Below are positions 1 through 9,445 of a stretch of DNA of 64,000 nt, piece after piece. The translations under genes and the position numbers were made by a program. The DNA lies in assembly GCA_017559445.1 (NCBI GenBank), contig JAFYSJ010000002.1:36087-100086 (forward strand), written 5' to 3'. Every line of letters begins with the position of its first letter. The stretch's first letter is position 1. Below the pieces are notes generated by a model, which searched no databases, had not been told where the DNA came from, and saw only the letters and a list, made by a program, of their open reading frames with translations. The DNA is from Clostridia bacterium. GTDB taxonomy: Bacteria > Bacillota > Clostridia > RGIG7378.

Positions 1-277
1 TTGTTCCAGGTCCTACGATAAAGGGGCGCTTGCCACAAATGGACTGCATAGCAGAAGCCAAAGATCCAGTTACCTGAGGCACTACTGAGGAAATGATAAC
101 ATCATCTACAGCATCAAAAGCAACACCGTAGTTACCTAAAACTGCGGAGATAGTAGCTGCATATTCATCTGATGTCTTATGGGTATTGGTGTGGATCCTG
201 GCTTGGAAAATCAAAGTTTCACCACGGAAACCACCGAGAACTATGTTGGTATTACCAACGTCGATTGCTATAAGCAT
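1..277 (-). CDS. coaX: Type III pantothenate kinase CoaX. N-terminal part only; the C-terminus lies beyond the window start.
   Basis: Reverse-strand translation from the ATG (cat at 275-277) reads MLIAIDVGNTNIVLGGFRGE..., the hallmark CoaX N-terminus. The ORF runs off the window edge. Confidence 0.8.
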   Translation of the reverse strand, partial: MLIAIDVGNTNIVLGGFRGETLIFQARIHTNTHKTSDEYAATISAVLGNYGVAFDAVDDVIISSVVPQVTGSLASAMQSICGKRPFIVGPGT

Positions 278-346
278 ATTTACTTCCTTTCTACTGTTGC
301 TCACACCATGCAGGTGGATGCAGCGAAGAACTTCGGCATGATTTTA

Positions 347-1138
347 CTATTGTTTTTTTAGTTTTGCAACAACTACAACTGCTACTGTAATTACTGTCAC
401 TGACACAACAGCACAAATATAATAAATAATGTTGCTGTCTTTAAACGGTTTCTCTTCCTGATTATTATACTCCGTAAGCTTTGCTATATCAGCATTGCCT
501 ATTAACTGAACAATTTCCTCACTATTTAGAGCATAAGAACTTCCTACTGTGCAATCAAAGATACATACAATATAGATATCCTTGTATTTCAAATAACCAG
601 TCCAAGAATAACTATCACTTTCTGCAGAAGTCCAATTGTTTTCAATGACGTTATACAAATACAGATTCTTTCCTAATTCTTTAGGTACTCTTATTTGATA
701 TTGTCCCCTTCTAATCAATTCTTCTGTATCAGCTGGATCTAAATATACAGTACAACGTCTTAAATTTACTCCCTCACCAATATATATCCACTCAGTTCTA
801 ATAAACCCATATACCGCGTTGTAATATAAGTAGTCCGGTCCTTCTTCGCCCAACAATATAAAATCTAGGTTTTCAATCCCCTCAATAAATTCTAATACAA
901 ATTGGTTTCGTTCCTCTAAAGTATTACCATGGGGATACTGAACAACTGCTATTTCCTCTGCTAATTCTGCTAAATTATCTGCTTCTTTATCTAAGGCTAA
1001 AAACTCTTGAACTTTACTAAATTCCAGTTTCAATGCATACATTATAGGCATATTTGCCTCAGAAGGCACAGCTACGCAGATCATAGACATCATAATTGCA
1101 ATGCTAAATATGCATAACAGCAATCTGTATTTCTTCAT
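347..1138 (-). CDS. Hypothetical exported protein with an N-terminal signal peptide and a C-terminal transmembrane anchor
   Basis: 263-aa ORF. N-terminus MKKYRLLLCIFSIAIMMSMICVAVPSEA is signal-peptide-like. The C-terminus is a hydrophobic stretch followed by KLKKQ. No recognisable catalytic motif. Confidence 0.45.
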   Translation of the reverse strand: MKKYRLLLCIFSIAIMMSMICVAVPSEANMPIMYALKLEFSKVQEFLALDKEADNLAELAEEIAVVQYPHGNTLEERNQFVLEFIEGIENLDFILLGEEGPDYLYYNAVYGFIRTEWIYIGEGVNLRRCTVYLDPADTEELIRRGQYQIRVPKELGKNLYLYNVIENNWTSAESDSYSWTGYLKYKDIYIVCIFDCTVGSSYALNSEEIVQLIGNADIAKLTEYNNQEEKPFKDSNIIYYICAVVSVTVITVAVVVVAKLKKQ

Positions 1139-1444
1139 AAACCCTCCTTTTTAATCTCTATGATGGTCCTCTAAATGTCTAAGCATTCCACATGGAAATG
1201 AATGAAATATGCACATTTTTCATAATGTCATCATATAAAAATATTTTCCAAAAGCACAAAGAGCGCCTACACTCTTCTCCAGAGTACAGCCGCTCCCACA
1301 TAAGTCTATCTAATATTATTTAGGACTATGGTGGTAGAGCCTCTCCTCTGCCAAGCAAGCAATCACTTCTCGCCTAATTTGTCCTTTACATTTTCTTTAT
1401 AACATATTTATGTATCTTTGAAAACTATTGATCTGCTTCCTAAC

Positions 1445-1478
1445 ACAAAAAACCTTCCACGTATTTCTACATGGAAGG
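1445..1478 (-). terminator. Rho-independent terminator downstream of the M20 hydrolase/ABC operon
   Basis: Hairpin ccttccacgtatttctacatggaagg followed by a T-run on the minus strand. Confidence 0.5.
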
Positions 1479-1520
1479 CTCTAATTTTATATTCATCTGA
1501 TCTTAGGATCGTGGAGACAT

Positions 1521-1655
1521 TCACTAGCGCAGCGGCCTACTAGCGCTACAACGCGGCTCACTAGCGAATGCAATGAGCGGTTACTAGCAACGCAGTTGCG
1601 GCTCACTAGGCATAGCCGGTTCACTAACGAGCTTTGCTCGTGGTTCACTGACAAG
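1521..1655. repeat. Tandem array of CTAGTGAGCCGC-type mini-hairpin repeats (locus A, CACTAGCG orientation)
   Basis: Units cactagcgcagcggcc / tactagcgctacaacgcggctcactagcgaatgcaatgagcgg... The same family recurs at 15771, 18205, 20401, 42251 and 63537. This copy lies between the stop of the M20 gene and its terminator. Confidence 0.7.
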
Positions 1656-3042
1656 TTTTCTCGCAGAACTCTTCTCTAATCTTCACCAGCATCTCGGGCA
1701 TATGCAACAGGTCAACTGCAGTACCTGCCATTACCTTTGCTGCCAAGATCATACCCTTGTCACCAACAGAAGATGCACCACAAGATACATTCTGCCATGA
1801 GTGGCCTGGACAATTTGCTGGGAATGTGGCTGTCTCAACCTGTACTGTGGGGGTCTGCCAGCTTACATCACCTACGTCTGTGGAGCCCATGCGAACCTTA
1901 CGACATGGCTTGTATGGAACAACAAAGTTGTTAATTGCAGCCTTGCCCTTGTCAGACATCTGCCAAACCTTGTCATAGTCCTCAGTATCCAATTCATCTT
2001 CCAACTCCTTTATCTCAGGAATTGCAACAGGCGCCTCATATGACTTAATAAGGTCCTGTGCATACTGGAGTTCTTCCTTTGTGTACTCTGGAAGTCCAAC
2101 CTGAACAAAATTTTCATAAGTCAATCTCTCAAGTGGAGTGTTATTTACTGTGTTTGCTGTACTGTCTATCTGATGCACAGTAACCTGTGTCTCTGTCATA
2201 TCTGCAGCAGCTCTGGCAATTTTGTCCACGCGAGCAGCCAACTTAATGGTGTCGTGAATCTGTGGACATCTAACCATGTACACAACCTTAGCCTGTGCCT
2301 GAACTACATTGGGAGAAACTCCACCTGCATCTGTAATTGCATAGTGAATACGAGTGGAATCCGGCACATGCTCGCGCAAGAACTCAACTCCCATGTTCAT
2401 AAGCTGAATTGCATCCAGCGCACTTCTTCCACAGTCTGGATTGCCTGCCGCATGGGCTGAAATGCCGTTGAAAGTATATTCTCTCTGAATGCTTGCAATG
2501 TAAGAACCTGTTGTTACACGGTTCAAAGAACTAGGATGCCATGTAATAGCCACATCCAAATCTCTCCACACATTGTCCTCTGCCATGTAAGTCTTGGAAG
2601 CATATCCCTCCTCACCTGGGCAACCATAGAAAATAACTGTGCCTGGAAGATTGTTTTCGGTCAAATACTGCTTAACTGCACATGCTGCTGCCAAACTACC
2701 AGCACCTAACATGTTGTGACCACATCCGTGACCATTAGCACCTGCTTCAATAGGGCTGTGATATGTCTTTCCTGCCTCCTGAGAAAGGCCAGAAAGTGCA
2801 TCGAACTCGCCCAAAATACCGATGATTGGTCTACCACTACCATACCTTCCAAGGAAAGCTGTAGCCATACCAGAAAGGCCAGACTCTACTTCAAAACCCT
2901 GCTCAGCCAATACCTTGCAATAAAGCTCTGCAGATTTTGTCTCCATTAAAGAAAGCTCCGCCAGCTCCCATATTCTATGGCTGACGGAGATGAATAAATC
3001 CTGATTATTATCAATATAATTATATATGTCTTTTTTTGTCAT
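1645..3042 (-). CDS. M20 family metallo-amidohydrolase (AbgB / aminoacylase-like)
   Basis: 465 aa. Motifs GHGCGHN and the overall M20 peptidase/amidohydrolase layout are present. RBS aggag sits before the ATG at 3042. It is the last gene of an amino-acid ABC operon. Confidence 0.75.
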   Translation of the reverse strand: MTKKDIYNYIDNNQDLFISVSHRIWELAELSLMETKSAELYCKVLAEQGFEVESGLSGMATAFLGRYGSGRPIIGILGEFDALSGLSQEAGKTYHSPIEAGANGHGCGHNMLGAGSLAAACAVKQYLTENNLPGTVIFYGCPGEEGYASKTYMAEDNVWRDLDVAITWHPSSLNRVTTGSYIASIQREYTFNGISAHAAGNPDCGRSALDAIQLMNMGVEFLREHVPDSTRIHYAITDAGGVSPNVVQAQAKVVYMVRCPQIHDTIKLAARVDKIARAAADMTETQVTVHQIDSTANTVNNTPLERLTYENFVQVGLPEYTKEELQYAQDLIKSYEAPVAIPEIKELEDELDTEDYDKVWQMSDKGKAAINNFVVPYKPCRKVRMGSTDVGDVSWQTPTVQVETATFPANCPGHSWQNVSCGASSVGDKGMILAAKVMAGTAVDLLHMPEMLVKIREEFCEKTCQ

Positions 3043-3058
3043 TTTTTTGCTCCTAGGC

Positions 3059-3796
3059 TTACAAAACCTTTGACAAAAAGTCCTTAGTTCTTGGGTTCTG
3101 TGGGTTGCCGAAAATCTGCTCAGGTGTACCCTCTTCTACAACGTAACCGTCATCCATAAAGAGCACTCTGTCAGAAACTTCCTTAGCAAAGCCCATTTCG
3201 TGAGTTACGATAACAGATGTCATACCTGTCTTAACCAAACCCTTAATAACGTCAAGAACCTCTCCTACCATCTCTGGATCAAGAGCAGATGTGGGCTCGT
3301 CAAAAAGCATAACGTCAGGCTGCATAGCAAGTGCACGAACAATTGCAACTCTCTGCTTCTGACCACCAGACAATGTACCTGGCTTAACGTCTGCCTTATC
3401 TCTAAGGCCGATACGTGCAAGCAAATCCTCTGCCAATGCATTTGCCTCATCCACGGACATCTTGCCAAGAGTTGTGGGAGCCAATGTCAAATTCTGTCTA
3501 ACGGTCAAATGAGGGAACATATTGAACTGCTGGAAAACCATGCCCATCTTCTGACGGTGAATGTCGATATTAACCTTCTTGTCAGAAATATCTACGCCCT
3601 CAAAGAAAATCTGTCCCTTCTCAGGAGTTTCCAACATGTTAAGACATCTAAGGAAAGTAGACTTTCCGCTACCGGAAGGACCGATAATAGAAACAACCTC
3701 ACCCTTGGATACGTGCTGGCTAACACCCTTGAGAACGTGAAGCTTTTCGAAACTCTTGTGAATATCTACAGTTTGAATAATGTAATTGTTTTCCAT
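3059..3796 (-). CDS. Polar amino-acid ABC transporter ATP-binding protein
   Basis: Walker [10 protein letters not shown], signature LSGGQKQR and Walker [11 protein letters not shown] are present. Start chosen at MENNYI (RBS agagaggtgaataat), which overlaps the permease stop. Confidence 0.85.
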   Translation of the reverse strand: MENNYIIQTVDIHKSFEKLHVLKGVSQHVSKGEVVSIIGPSGSGKSTFLRCLNMLETPEKGQIFFEGVDISDKKVNIDIHRQKMGMVFQQFNMFPHLTVRQNLTLAPTTLGKMSVDEANALAEDLLARIGLRDKADVKPGTLSGGQKQRVAIVRALAMQPDVMLFDEPTSALDPEMVGEVLDVIKGLVKTGMTSVIVTHEMGFAKEVSDRVLFMDDGYVVEEGTPEQIFGNPQNPRTKDFLSKVL

Positions 3797-3797
3797 A

Positions 3798-4481
3798 TTA
3801 TTCACCTCTCTTAAGTCTCTTCTCAAAGGCTGATACAGCGCGTGAAAGAACGAATGTAACTACAAAATAGATCACACCAACTACAAGCAAGCACTCCATA
3901 GCCAAGAATGTGTTACCCTTAACAACCAAGTACTGAGTCATAAGGTCTCCAACGTAGAATGTGGAAGCCAAAGATGTTTCCTTGATAACTGCAACAAACT
4001 CGTTACCTAAAGCTGGCAAAATATTCTTAACAGCCTGTGGCAAAACAACCTTAGTCATTGTCTGTGCCTGAGAAAGACCAAGGCTTCGAGCGGCCTCTGT
4101 CTGACCCTTATCTACAGCCTGAATACCAGAACGAATAATCTCTGTAACGTAAGCTGCACTGTTAAGAACCAAAGCAATGCTTACACTAACAAACTTGTTA
4201 CTAGAAAGTGCAGGAATAAGCTGTGGTACCAAGAAATAACCAATGTAGAGCTGGAGCAACAATGGTGTGCCACGGATAACCTCTACAAAAGCTGTAACAA
4301 GCCATCTAAATGGTGGAATCTTGGACATCTTAAGCAATGCCAAAAGAGATCCCAAAATAGTACCGCACAAAACTGTAATCAAGGAAAGGAGCAATGTGTA
4401 TCCAAGTCCCTCAAAAACAAACAAATGCCAGTACTTTGGCAATATTTTTACAAAAATGTTTTCAATAATTTCTATAAACAT
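3798..4481 (-). CDS. Amino-acid ABC transporter permease (His/Glu/Gln/Arg family)
   Basis: Multi-TM protein with an EAA-like motif ([24 protein letters not shown]). Start set at internal MFIEII, which is preceded by RBS agaggg. Confidence 0.75.
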   Translation of the reverse strand: MFIEIIENIFVKILPKYWHLFVFEGLGYTLLLSLITVLCGTILGSLLALLKMSKIPPFRWLVTAFVEVIRGTPLLLQLYIGYFLVPQLIPALSSNKFVSVSIALVLNSAAYVTEIIRSGIQAVDKGQTEAARSLGLSQAQTMTKVVLPQAVKNILPALGNEFVAVIKETSLASTFYVGDLMTQYLVVKGNTFLAMECLLVVGVIYFVVTFVLSRAVSAFEKRLKRGE

Positions 4482-4567
4482 TTTACCCTCTTTACGCAAG
4501 ACGTCACCAGCTAGGTTCTTAGCTGGTGATGTCATCGGTTCATATATTAGACTAAATGGTTTCTAAA

Positions 4568-5494
4568 TTACTCTGCATCAACGATTGGGTTACCATTCTC
4601 GTCGAAGCTGATCTCAGCTGCTGTGTTGATACCGGAGAGAGCCTTGGAAGCCTCATACCACTCACCGTACAAACCAGCTGCATATGCCTTAGCAAGAACT
4701 GCGTTGATCTTGTTTGTCAAATCATCGTTACCCTTACCGATAAGAACAACGTTGTTCTCCTCTTCGGAAGATACCTCAAACTCGAAACCAGACAATGCAA
4801 CCTTGTCATTGTTTGCCATAATGGACTCTGCGTTACCCTTAGCAACTGCAACACCATCTACGATACCGGAGAGAAGTGCCTGAACTGCTGTGTTGATATC
4901 GCCGTAAACCTCAATCTTAGCACCTGTAAGCTGATCCTTGCAAAGGTTCTCCTGAAGGGAAGCGCCCTGAGCACCAATCTTCAAGCCTGCGAAATCATCT
5001 GCCTTGGAGTACTTGTTAGCCTTGTCAGCCTTAACGATGATAACCTGCTCTGTCTCGTTCTCACCAGCGTAGTAGTAATCAGAAAGGTTACAATTCTGCT
5101 TACGCTCATCTGTTACGGAGAAACCGGAAATAGAGCAATCTACAGTACCTGTCTGTACAGCAACCTGACATGCACCGAAGTCAAGTGTTACGATCTCGAG
5201 CTTCATGTTGAGCTCCTTAGCAATGTACATAGCCAAGAGAACGTCGAAACCAACAACCTTGTTCTTATCTGTCTCCATGAACTCCATTGGAGCAAAGTCA
5301 GGAGAAATAGCTACCTTAAGAACTTCTGTAGCACCATCATTCTTGTATGCCTCTTCGAATGCCCAGTACTTAGCAATCTGAGCCTCGTTATATGCCTTCT
5401 CGTTAGCGTCCAATGTATCAACATCACCGCCGCAACCAGCGAATACTGCCATGGACATAACCAATGCCAAAATCAAAGCTAAAATCTTCTTCAT
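4568..5494 (-). CDS. Amino-acid ABC transporter substrate-binding lipoprotein (family 3 SBP)
   Basis: Signal peptide with lipobox VFAGCGG. SBP_bac_3-like body. First gene of the minus-strand operon 5494 to 1645. Confidence 0.8.
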   Translation of the reverse strand: MKKILALILALVMSMAVFAGCGGDVDTLDANEKAYNEAQIAKYWAFEEAYKNDGATEVLKVAISPDFAPMEFMETDKNKVVGFDVLLAMYIAKELNMKLEIVTLDFGACQVAVQTGTVDCSISGFSVTDERKQNCNLSDYYYAGENETEQVIIVKADKANKYSKADDFAGLKIGAQGASLQENLCKDQLTGAKIEVYGDINTAVQALLSGIVDGVAVAKGNAESIMANNDKVALSGFEFEVSSEEENNVVLIGKGNDDLTNKINAVLAKAYAAGLYGEWYEASKALSGINTAAEISFDENGNPIVDAE

Positions 5495-5689
5495 ATGTAA
5501 AAACCTCGTATAAAAATAATGTACTCAAAAAGTGACTTTCACATAATACACCCGAAAAATAGATATTGCAATAGGCTTTTTGAATTTTTATTCAATTTTA
5601 TTTGTATTTCTTTTGTCTGTGCGTATTTTATGCAGTTATAATGCATATTTATTGAATTATATACAAAAATCCTGTGCATTAATTATAAT

Positions 5690-5810
5690 ATCTTACATAA
5701 TAGTGTTTTGTGTATGTCCATTACTTTGGAACGACCCAAAGTAATCAAAGGTCGCCCGCTACTTCCGAAGCGCGGGAGGCACGGGTCGCAATGCTATGCT
5801 TTGCATGCAC
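5690..5810. repeat. Structured element of about 115 bp, copy 1. An inverted near-identical copy lies at 20510-20625.
   Basis: The reverse complement of 5703-5778 matches 20540-20610 exactly over about 76 bp, and similarity extends to about 115 bp. The element contains two hairpins: CCCGCG-cttcggaagta-GCGGG and ATTACTTTGG-gtcgtt-CCAAAGTAAT. Confidence 0.6.
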
Positions 5811-5840
5811 AAAAAAGAAGCAGATCCTAAGACCTGCTTC
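5811..5840 (-). terminator. Rho-independent terminator immediately 3' of tRNA-Leu
   Basis: Hairpin gaagcaggtcttaggatctgcttc plus TTTTTT on the minus strand. Confidence 0.6.
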
Positions 5841-5841
5841 T

Positions 5842-5929
5842 TGGTGCAGCCGGGGGGACTTGAACCCCCATTAGCGTTACACTAACTAGTACCTGAAACT
5901 AGCGCGTCTGCCAATTCCGCCACGGCTGC
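5842..5929 (-). tRNA. tRNA-Leu (anticodon CAG), 88 nt, ending in an encoded CCA
   Basis: Minus-strand sequence GCAGCCGTGGCGGAATTGGCAGACGCGCTAGTTTCAGGTACTAGTTAGTGTAACGCTAATGGGGGTTCAAGTCCCCCCGGCTGCACCA. It has a 7-bp acceptor stem, anticodon stem CTAGT/ACTAG with loop UUCAGGU (anticodon CAG), a long variable arm typical of Leu, and T-arm GGGGG-TTCAAGT-CCCCC. Confidence 0.9.
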
Positions 5930-6118
5930 ATGTTTTTAGCGCAAATCATCTTAACACAGCGCCATTTTCGTGTCAACCAAACCGCAATTCTCCATATAGA
6001 TAATTCTTGTAATTTACTATTTATTACTTTACCGCCCATTTTCCTTGACTTTTGTGCAAATTAGTTGTCAAATATGTGAATCACACATTTTTTCTTATAT
6101 ATAAAGGAGATAGGAACA

Positions 6119-7084
6119 ATGAAAAATCTTAAGAAAATTCTTTCAATGGTTCTCGTAGTGGCTATGCTTGCTACTATGGCAACACTCTTTGCAGGATGTG
6201 GCAAGTCCACTTACACAGTTGGTATTTTGCAGCTTGTTGACCACGAAGCTCTTGATGCAGCTACTGAGGGCTTTAAGCAGGCACTCATCGATCGCCTTGG
6301 CGAAGAAAACGTTAAGTTCGATTACCAGAACGCTGCTGGAGACACAAACACATGTACAACTATTGCTAACAACTTCGTTACAAAGAACGTAGATCTTATT
6401 ATGGCTAACGCAACTCCCGCTTTGCAGGCTTGCGCAGGCGCTACAACAACAATCCCGATCCTTGGTACATCCGTTACTGAGTATGGCGTAGCTCTTAACA
6501 TCGAGAACTTCTCTGGTGTTACAGGTTACAACGTTTCCGGTACTTCTGACTTGGCTCCTTTGGATGAGCAGGCTCAGATGATCCTTGATCTCTTCCCTGA
6601 GGCAAAGACAGTTGGTATGCTTTACTGCTCTGCAGAAGCAAACTCTGCCTACCAGGTAAAGGTTGTTAAGGACTACCTTGAGAGCAGAAACATCACAGTT
6701 AAGGAGTTCAAGTTCTCTGACTCCAACGACGTTCAGGCTGTTACTGAGAACGCTGCTTCTAGCTGCGACGTAATTTACATTCCAACAGATAACACTGCTG
6801 CTTCTTGCACAGAGACAATCAACAACGTTTGCCAGCCTAAGAAGGTTCCGATCGTTGCTGGTGAGGCTGGTATCTGCTGCGGTTGCGGTACAGTTACACT
6901 TTCCATTAGCTACTATGAGCTTGGTTACAAGACTGGTGAGATGGCAGCTGACATCCTTGAGGGTAAGGCTTCTATCGAGTCCATGGCTATCGCATACGAT
7001 CCTAAGCCTGTTAAGAAGTACAACAAGGCTATCTGCGATGCACTTGGAATCACAGTTCCAGAAGGCTACACACCTCTCGACTAA
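6119..7084 (+). CDS. ABC transporter substrate-binding lipoprotein (COG2984/ABC_sub_bind type, TrpX-like)
   Basis: Signal peptide with lipobox LFAGCGK. 321 aa, with a GILQLVDHEALD start typical of this SBP family. Followed by its cognate permease and ATPase. Confidence 0.7.
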   Translation: MKNLKKILSMVLVVAMLATMATLFAGCGKSTYTVGILQLVDHEALDAATEGFKQALIDRLGEENVKFDYQNAAGDTNTCTTIANNFVTKNVDLIMANATPALQACAGATTTIPILGTSVTEYGVALNIENFSGVTGYNVSGTSDLAPLDEQAQMILDLFPEAKTVGMLYCSAEANSAYQVKVVKDYLESRNITVKEFKFSDSNDVQAVTENAASSCDVIYIPTDNTAASCTETINNVCQPKKVPIVAGEAGICCGCGTVTLSISYYELGYKTGEMAADILEGKASIESMAIAYDPKPVKKYNKAICDALGITVPEGYTPLD

Positions 7085-7105
7085 TTTTTTCGGAGTATTT
7101 AACTA

Positions 7106-8005
7106 ATGAACTTTTTTAACGCACTGCCAGGAGCTGTTGCCCAAGGTATTATCTGGGGCATTATGGCCATCGGCGTATATATTACTTACAAGATTCTAGA
7201 TATTGCAGACCTTACAGTAGATGGTTCTATCTGTACAGGCGCTTGCGTATGTACCATGCTTGTTATCAATGGCGTCAATGTTTGGCTAGCTATGCTAGCA
7301 GCCATGATCGTTGGAATGTTGACCGGTCTCGTGACTGGTCTCTTCCACACAGCACTTGGTATTCCACCAATCCTTTCAGGTATTTTGACACAGCTTATTC
7401 TGTGGTCCGTTAACCTTAAGATAATGGGCAAAGCTAACCAGGGCCTCAGCGCTCGTACATACAACGTTGTTATCACTCAGTTAGATAAGCTTGCATCTAT
7501 CTTAATCCTTTTGGGCATTATGCTAGTCCTTGTTGCCCTCTTGTACTGGTTCTTTGGTACAGAGCTTGGATGCTCCCTTAGAGCTACAGGTAATAACTTG
7601 GACATGTGCCGTGCACAGGGCATTAACACCAACATTAACAAGATTCTTGGTCTCGTTATTTCCAACGGTATCGTAGCTCTCTCTGGCGCTCTTCTTTGCC
7701 AGTATCAGGGTTTCTCAGATATCAACATGGGACGCGGTGCTATCGTTATCGGTTTGGCTGCTGTTATTATCGGCGAGGCACTGTTTGGCAAGATTGCAGG
7801 TAACTTTGCTCTCAAGCTTATGAGTGTAGTTGGTGGTGGTATTATTTACTACATCGTTTACCAGACAGTTATTTGGATGGGATTGGATACAGACCTCTTG
7901 AAGATGTTGTCCGCTATCGTGGTTGCAATTTTCTTGGCTGTTCCATACTGGAAGGGTAAGTACTTCTCAAAGCCTGTTAAAAAGGGAGGACATGCAAATG
8001 CTTGA
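7106..8005 (+). CDS. ABC transporter permease (COG4120-type, paired with the COG2984 SBP)
   Basis: 299-aa polytopic membrane protein placed between the SBP and the ATPase. It overlaps the ATPase start by 8 nt. Confidence 0.7.
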   Translation: MNFFNALPGAVAQGIIWGIMAIGVYITYKILDIADLTVDGSICTGACVCTMLVINGVNVWLAMLAAMIVGMLTGLVTGLFHTALGIPPILSGILTQLILWSVNLKIMGKANQGLSARTYNVVITQLDKLASILILLGIMLVLVALLYWFFGTELGCSLRATGNNLDMCRAQGINTNINKILGLVISNGIVALSGALLCQYQGFSDINMGRGAIVIGLAAVIIGEALFGKIAGNFALKLMSVVGGGIIYYIVYQTVIWMGLDTDLLKMLSAIVVAIFLAVPYWKGKYFSKPVKKGGHANA

Positions 8006-8792
8006 GTTAAAGAATATTTCTAAAACATTCTTCCCCGGTACAGTTAATGAGAAGTTGGCTCTCAACAACCTTAACTTGACTCTCAATGACGGCGATTTCG
8101 TAACAGTTATTGGTGGAAACGGTGCTGGTAAGAGTACAATGCTTAACGTTATTGCTGGTGTATTTGCTCCAGATGAAGGCTCCATCGTAATCGATGGCCA
8201 CGACGTAACTCATATGCCTGAGCACAAGCGTGCTAGCTTCTTGGGACGTGTTTTCCAGGATCCTATGAAAGGTACAGCAGCTGGCATGTGGCTTGAAGAA
8301 AACTTGGCTCTCGCATACAGAAGAGGCAAGCGTCGTACACTTCGCTGGGCTATTACAAAGGCTGAAAGACAAAAGTATCGCGACATGCTTAAGCAGTTGG
8401 ATCTTGGTCTCGACACAAGACTTACTACTAGAGTAGGACTTCTCTCTGGTGGACAGAGACAGGCTGTAACACTTCTTATGGCTACCATGAACAGCCCCAA
8501 GTTGCTGCTCCTTGACGAGCACACAGCAGCTCTTGACCCCAAGACAGCTGAAAAGGTTTTGGCTCTCACAGACAAGTTTGTTTCTGAGGAGAAGCTCACA
8601 ACTCTTATGATTACTCACAACATGAATGATGCTATTACCCACGGTAACCGTCTTATCATGATGAACGCTGGACAGATCATCTTCGATGTTAGCGGTGAGG
8701 AAAAGAAGAACCTTACAGTTGAAATGCTTTTGGAGCAGTTCTCCAAGGCAAGCGGTACTCAGTTTGCAAGCGACAGAGCATTGTTAAACTAA
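7998..8792 (+). CDS. ABC transporter ATP-binding protein (COG1101-type)
   Basis: Walker A GGNGAGKST, LSGGQRQ and LLLDEHTAALD motifs. Start set at MLELKNISK, preceded by RBS aagggagga. The ORF-track start at 7923 lies inside the permease. Confidence 0.8.
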   Translation: MLELKNISKTFFPGTVNEKLALNNLNLTLNDGDFVTVIGGNGAGKSTMLNVIAGVFAPDEGSIVIDGHDVTHMPEHKRASFLGRVFQDPMKGTAAGMWLEENLALAYRRGKRRTLRWAITKAERQKYRDMLKQLDLGLDTRLTTRVGLLSGGQRQAVTLLMATMNSPKLLLLDEHTAALDPKTAEKVLALTDKFVSEEKLTTLMITHNMNDAITHGNRLIMMNAGQIIFDVSGEEKKNLTVEMLLEQFSKASGTQFASDRALLN

Positions 8793-8808
8793 TTAAGTTA
8801 AAAATATT

Positions 8809-8842
8809 AAGGCAGACCGTAATGGCCTGCCTTATTTGTTTG
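8809..8842 (+). terminator. Rho-independent terminator after the COG2984-type ABC operon
   Basis: Hairpin aaggcagaccgtaatggcctgcctt followed by a T-rich tail. Confidence 0.55.
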
Positions 8843-8928
8843 GGTAAAAGTTTAATAAAGGCACACCCTCAGGTATGCCTTGCTGTTTCAAAAGTTGTCT
8901 ACTTGTTTGATTCTAATTCCAGATACAT

Positions 8929-9189
8929 TTACGCTGCATGTACGTGATTTCTAATCTGGTCTACATTCTGGAACTTGAATCCATTTGCAATTGGTGCTGT
9001 GCCGAACTGAGATACGTATTCGATAATACCTGCCTCTGCCAACTCGATAAGGTACCCCTTAATCTTAAGTCTGTCATAGGTGGATCCGTTTACGTACATA
9101 GTTACGATTGTACCGCTCAGAGGCTGATTGTGCTCTGTGCGCTGGTAAACTTCTCTAATGAAATCATATGCACCTTGAGTAATAATCAT
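8929..9189 (-). CDS. Small hypothetical protein (86 aa)
   Basis: ORF with good RBS (aggaggtgcacgct ATG) at MIITQG. No recognisable motif. Confidence 0.4.
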   Translation of the reverse strand: MIITQGAYDFIREVYQRTEHNQPLSGTIVTMYVNGSTYDRLKIKGYLIELAEAGIIEYVSQFGTAPIANGFKFQNVDQIRNHVHAA

Positions 9190-9319
9190 AGCGTGCACCT
9201 CCTAATATTATTTAAAGTTCGCTTTAGCTCTTCATGTCTTTAACACGCTAAAGAATTAAACTTTATGCCTGCATTATAGGTCTTGCAAATACCCTTTTCA
9301 ATACGCAGTTTTGATGAAG

Positions 9320-9351
9320 TTGCACAATTTAGACATTCCGTTTTGTGCATA
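9320..9351. promoter_or_regulatory. Imperfect palindrome TTGCACAA-N13-TTGTGCA about 100 bp upstream of engB
   Basis: gttgcacaatttagacattccgttttgtgcat. The same half-site recurs in the surface-protein promoters at 56407, 58133 and 61390. Confidence 0.3.
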
Positions 9352-9445
9352 TTGCACTATACATTCTTTTGTTTCTTTAGATTTGCCCACCTTTATTCTT
9401 TGTGGTAAACTTTCTTAGCACACTCTTTGAATTAGGAGCACGTAT

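Noticed and set aside
179-361. 60-aa plus-strand ORF at the window start
   Set aside because: It overlaps the coaX coding region on the opposite strand and has no RBS. It is an antisense artefact.
7923-7997. N-terminal extension of the ABC ATPase (ORF-track start at 7923)
   Set aside because: The extension lies inside the permease gene. The ATG at 7998 has a proper RBS (aagggagga) and gives a canonical ATPase N-terminus (MLELKNISK).
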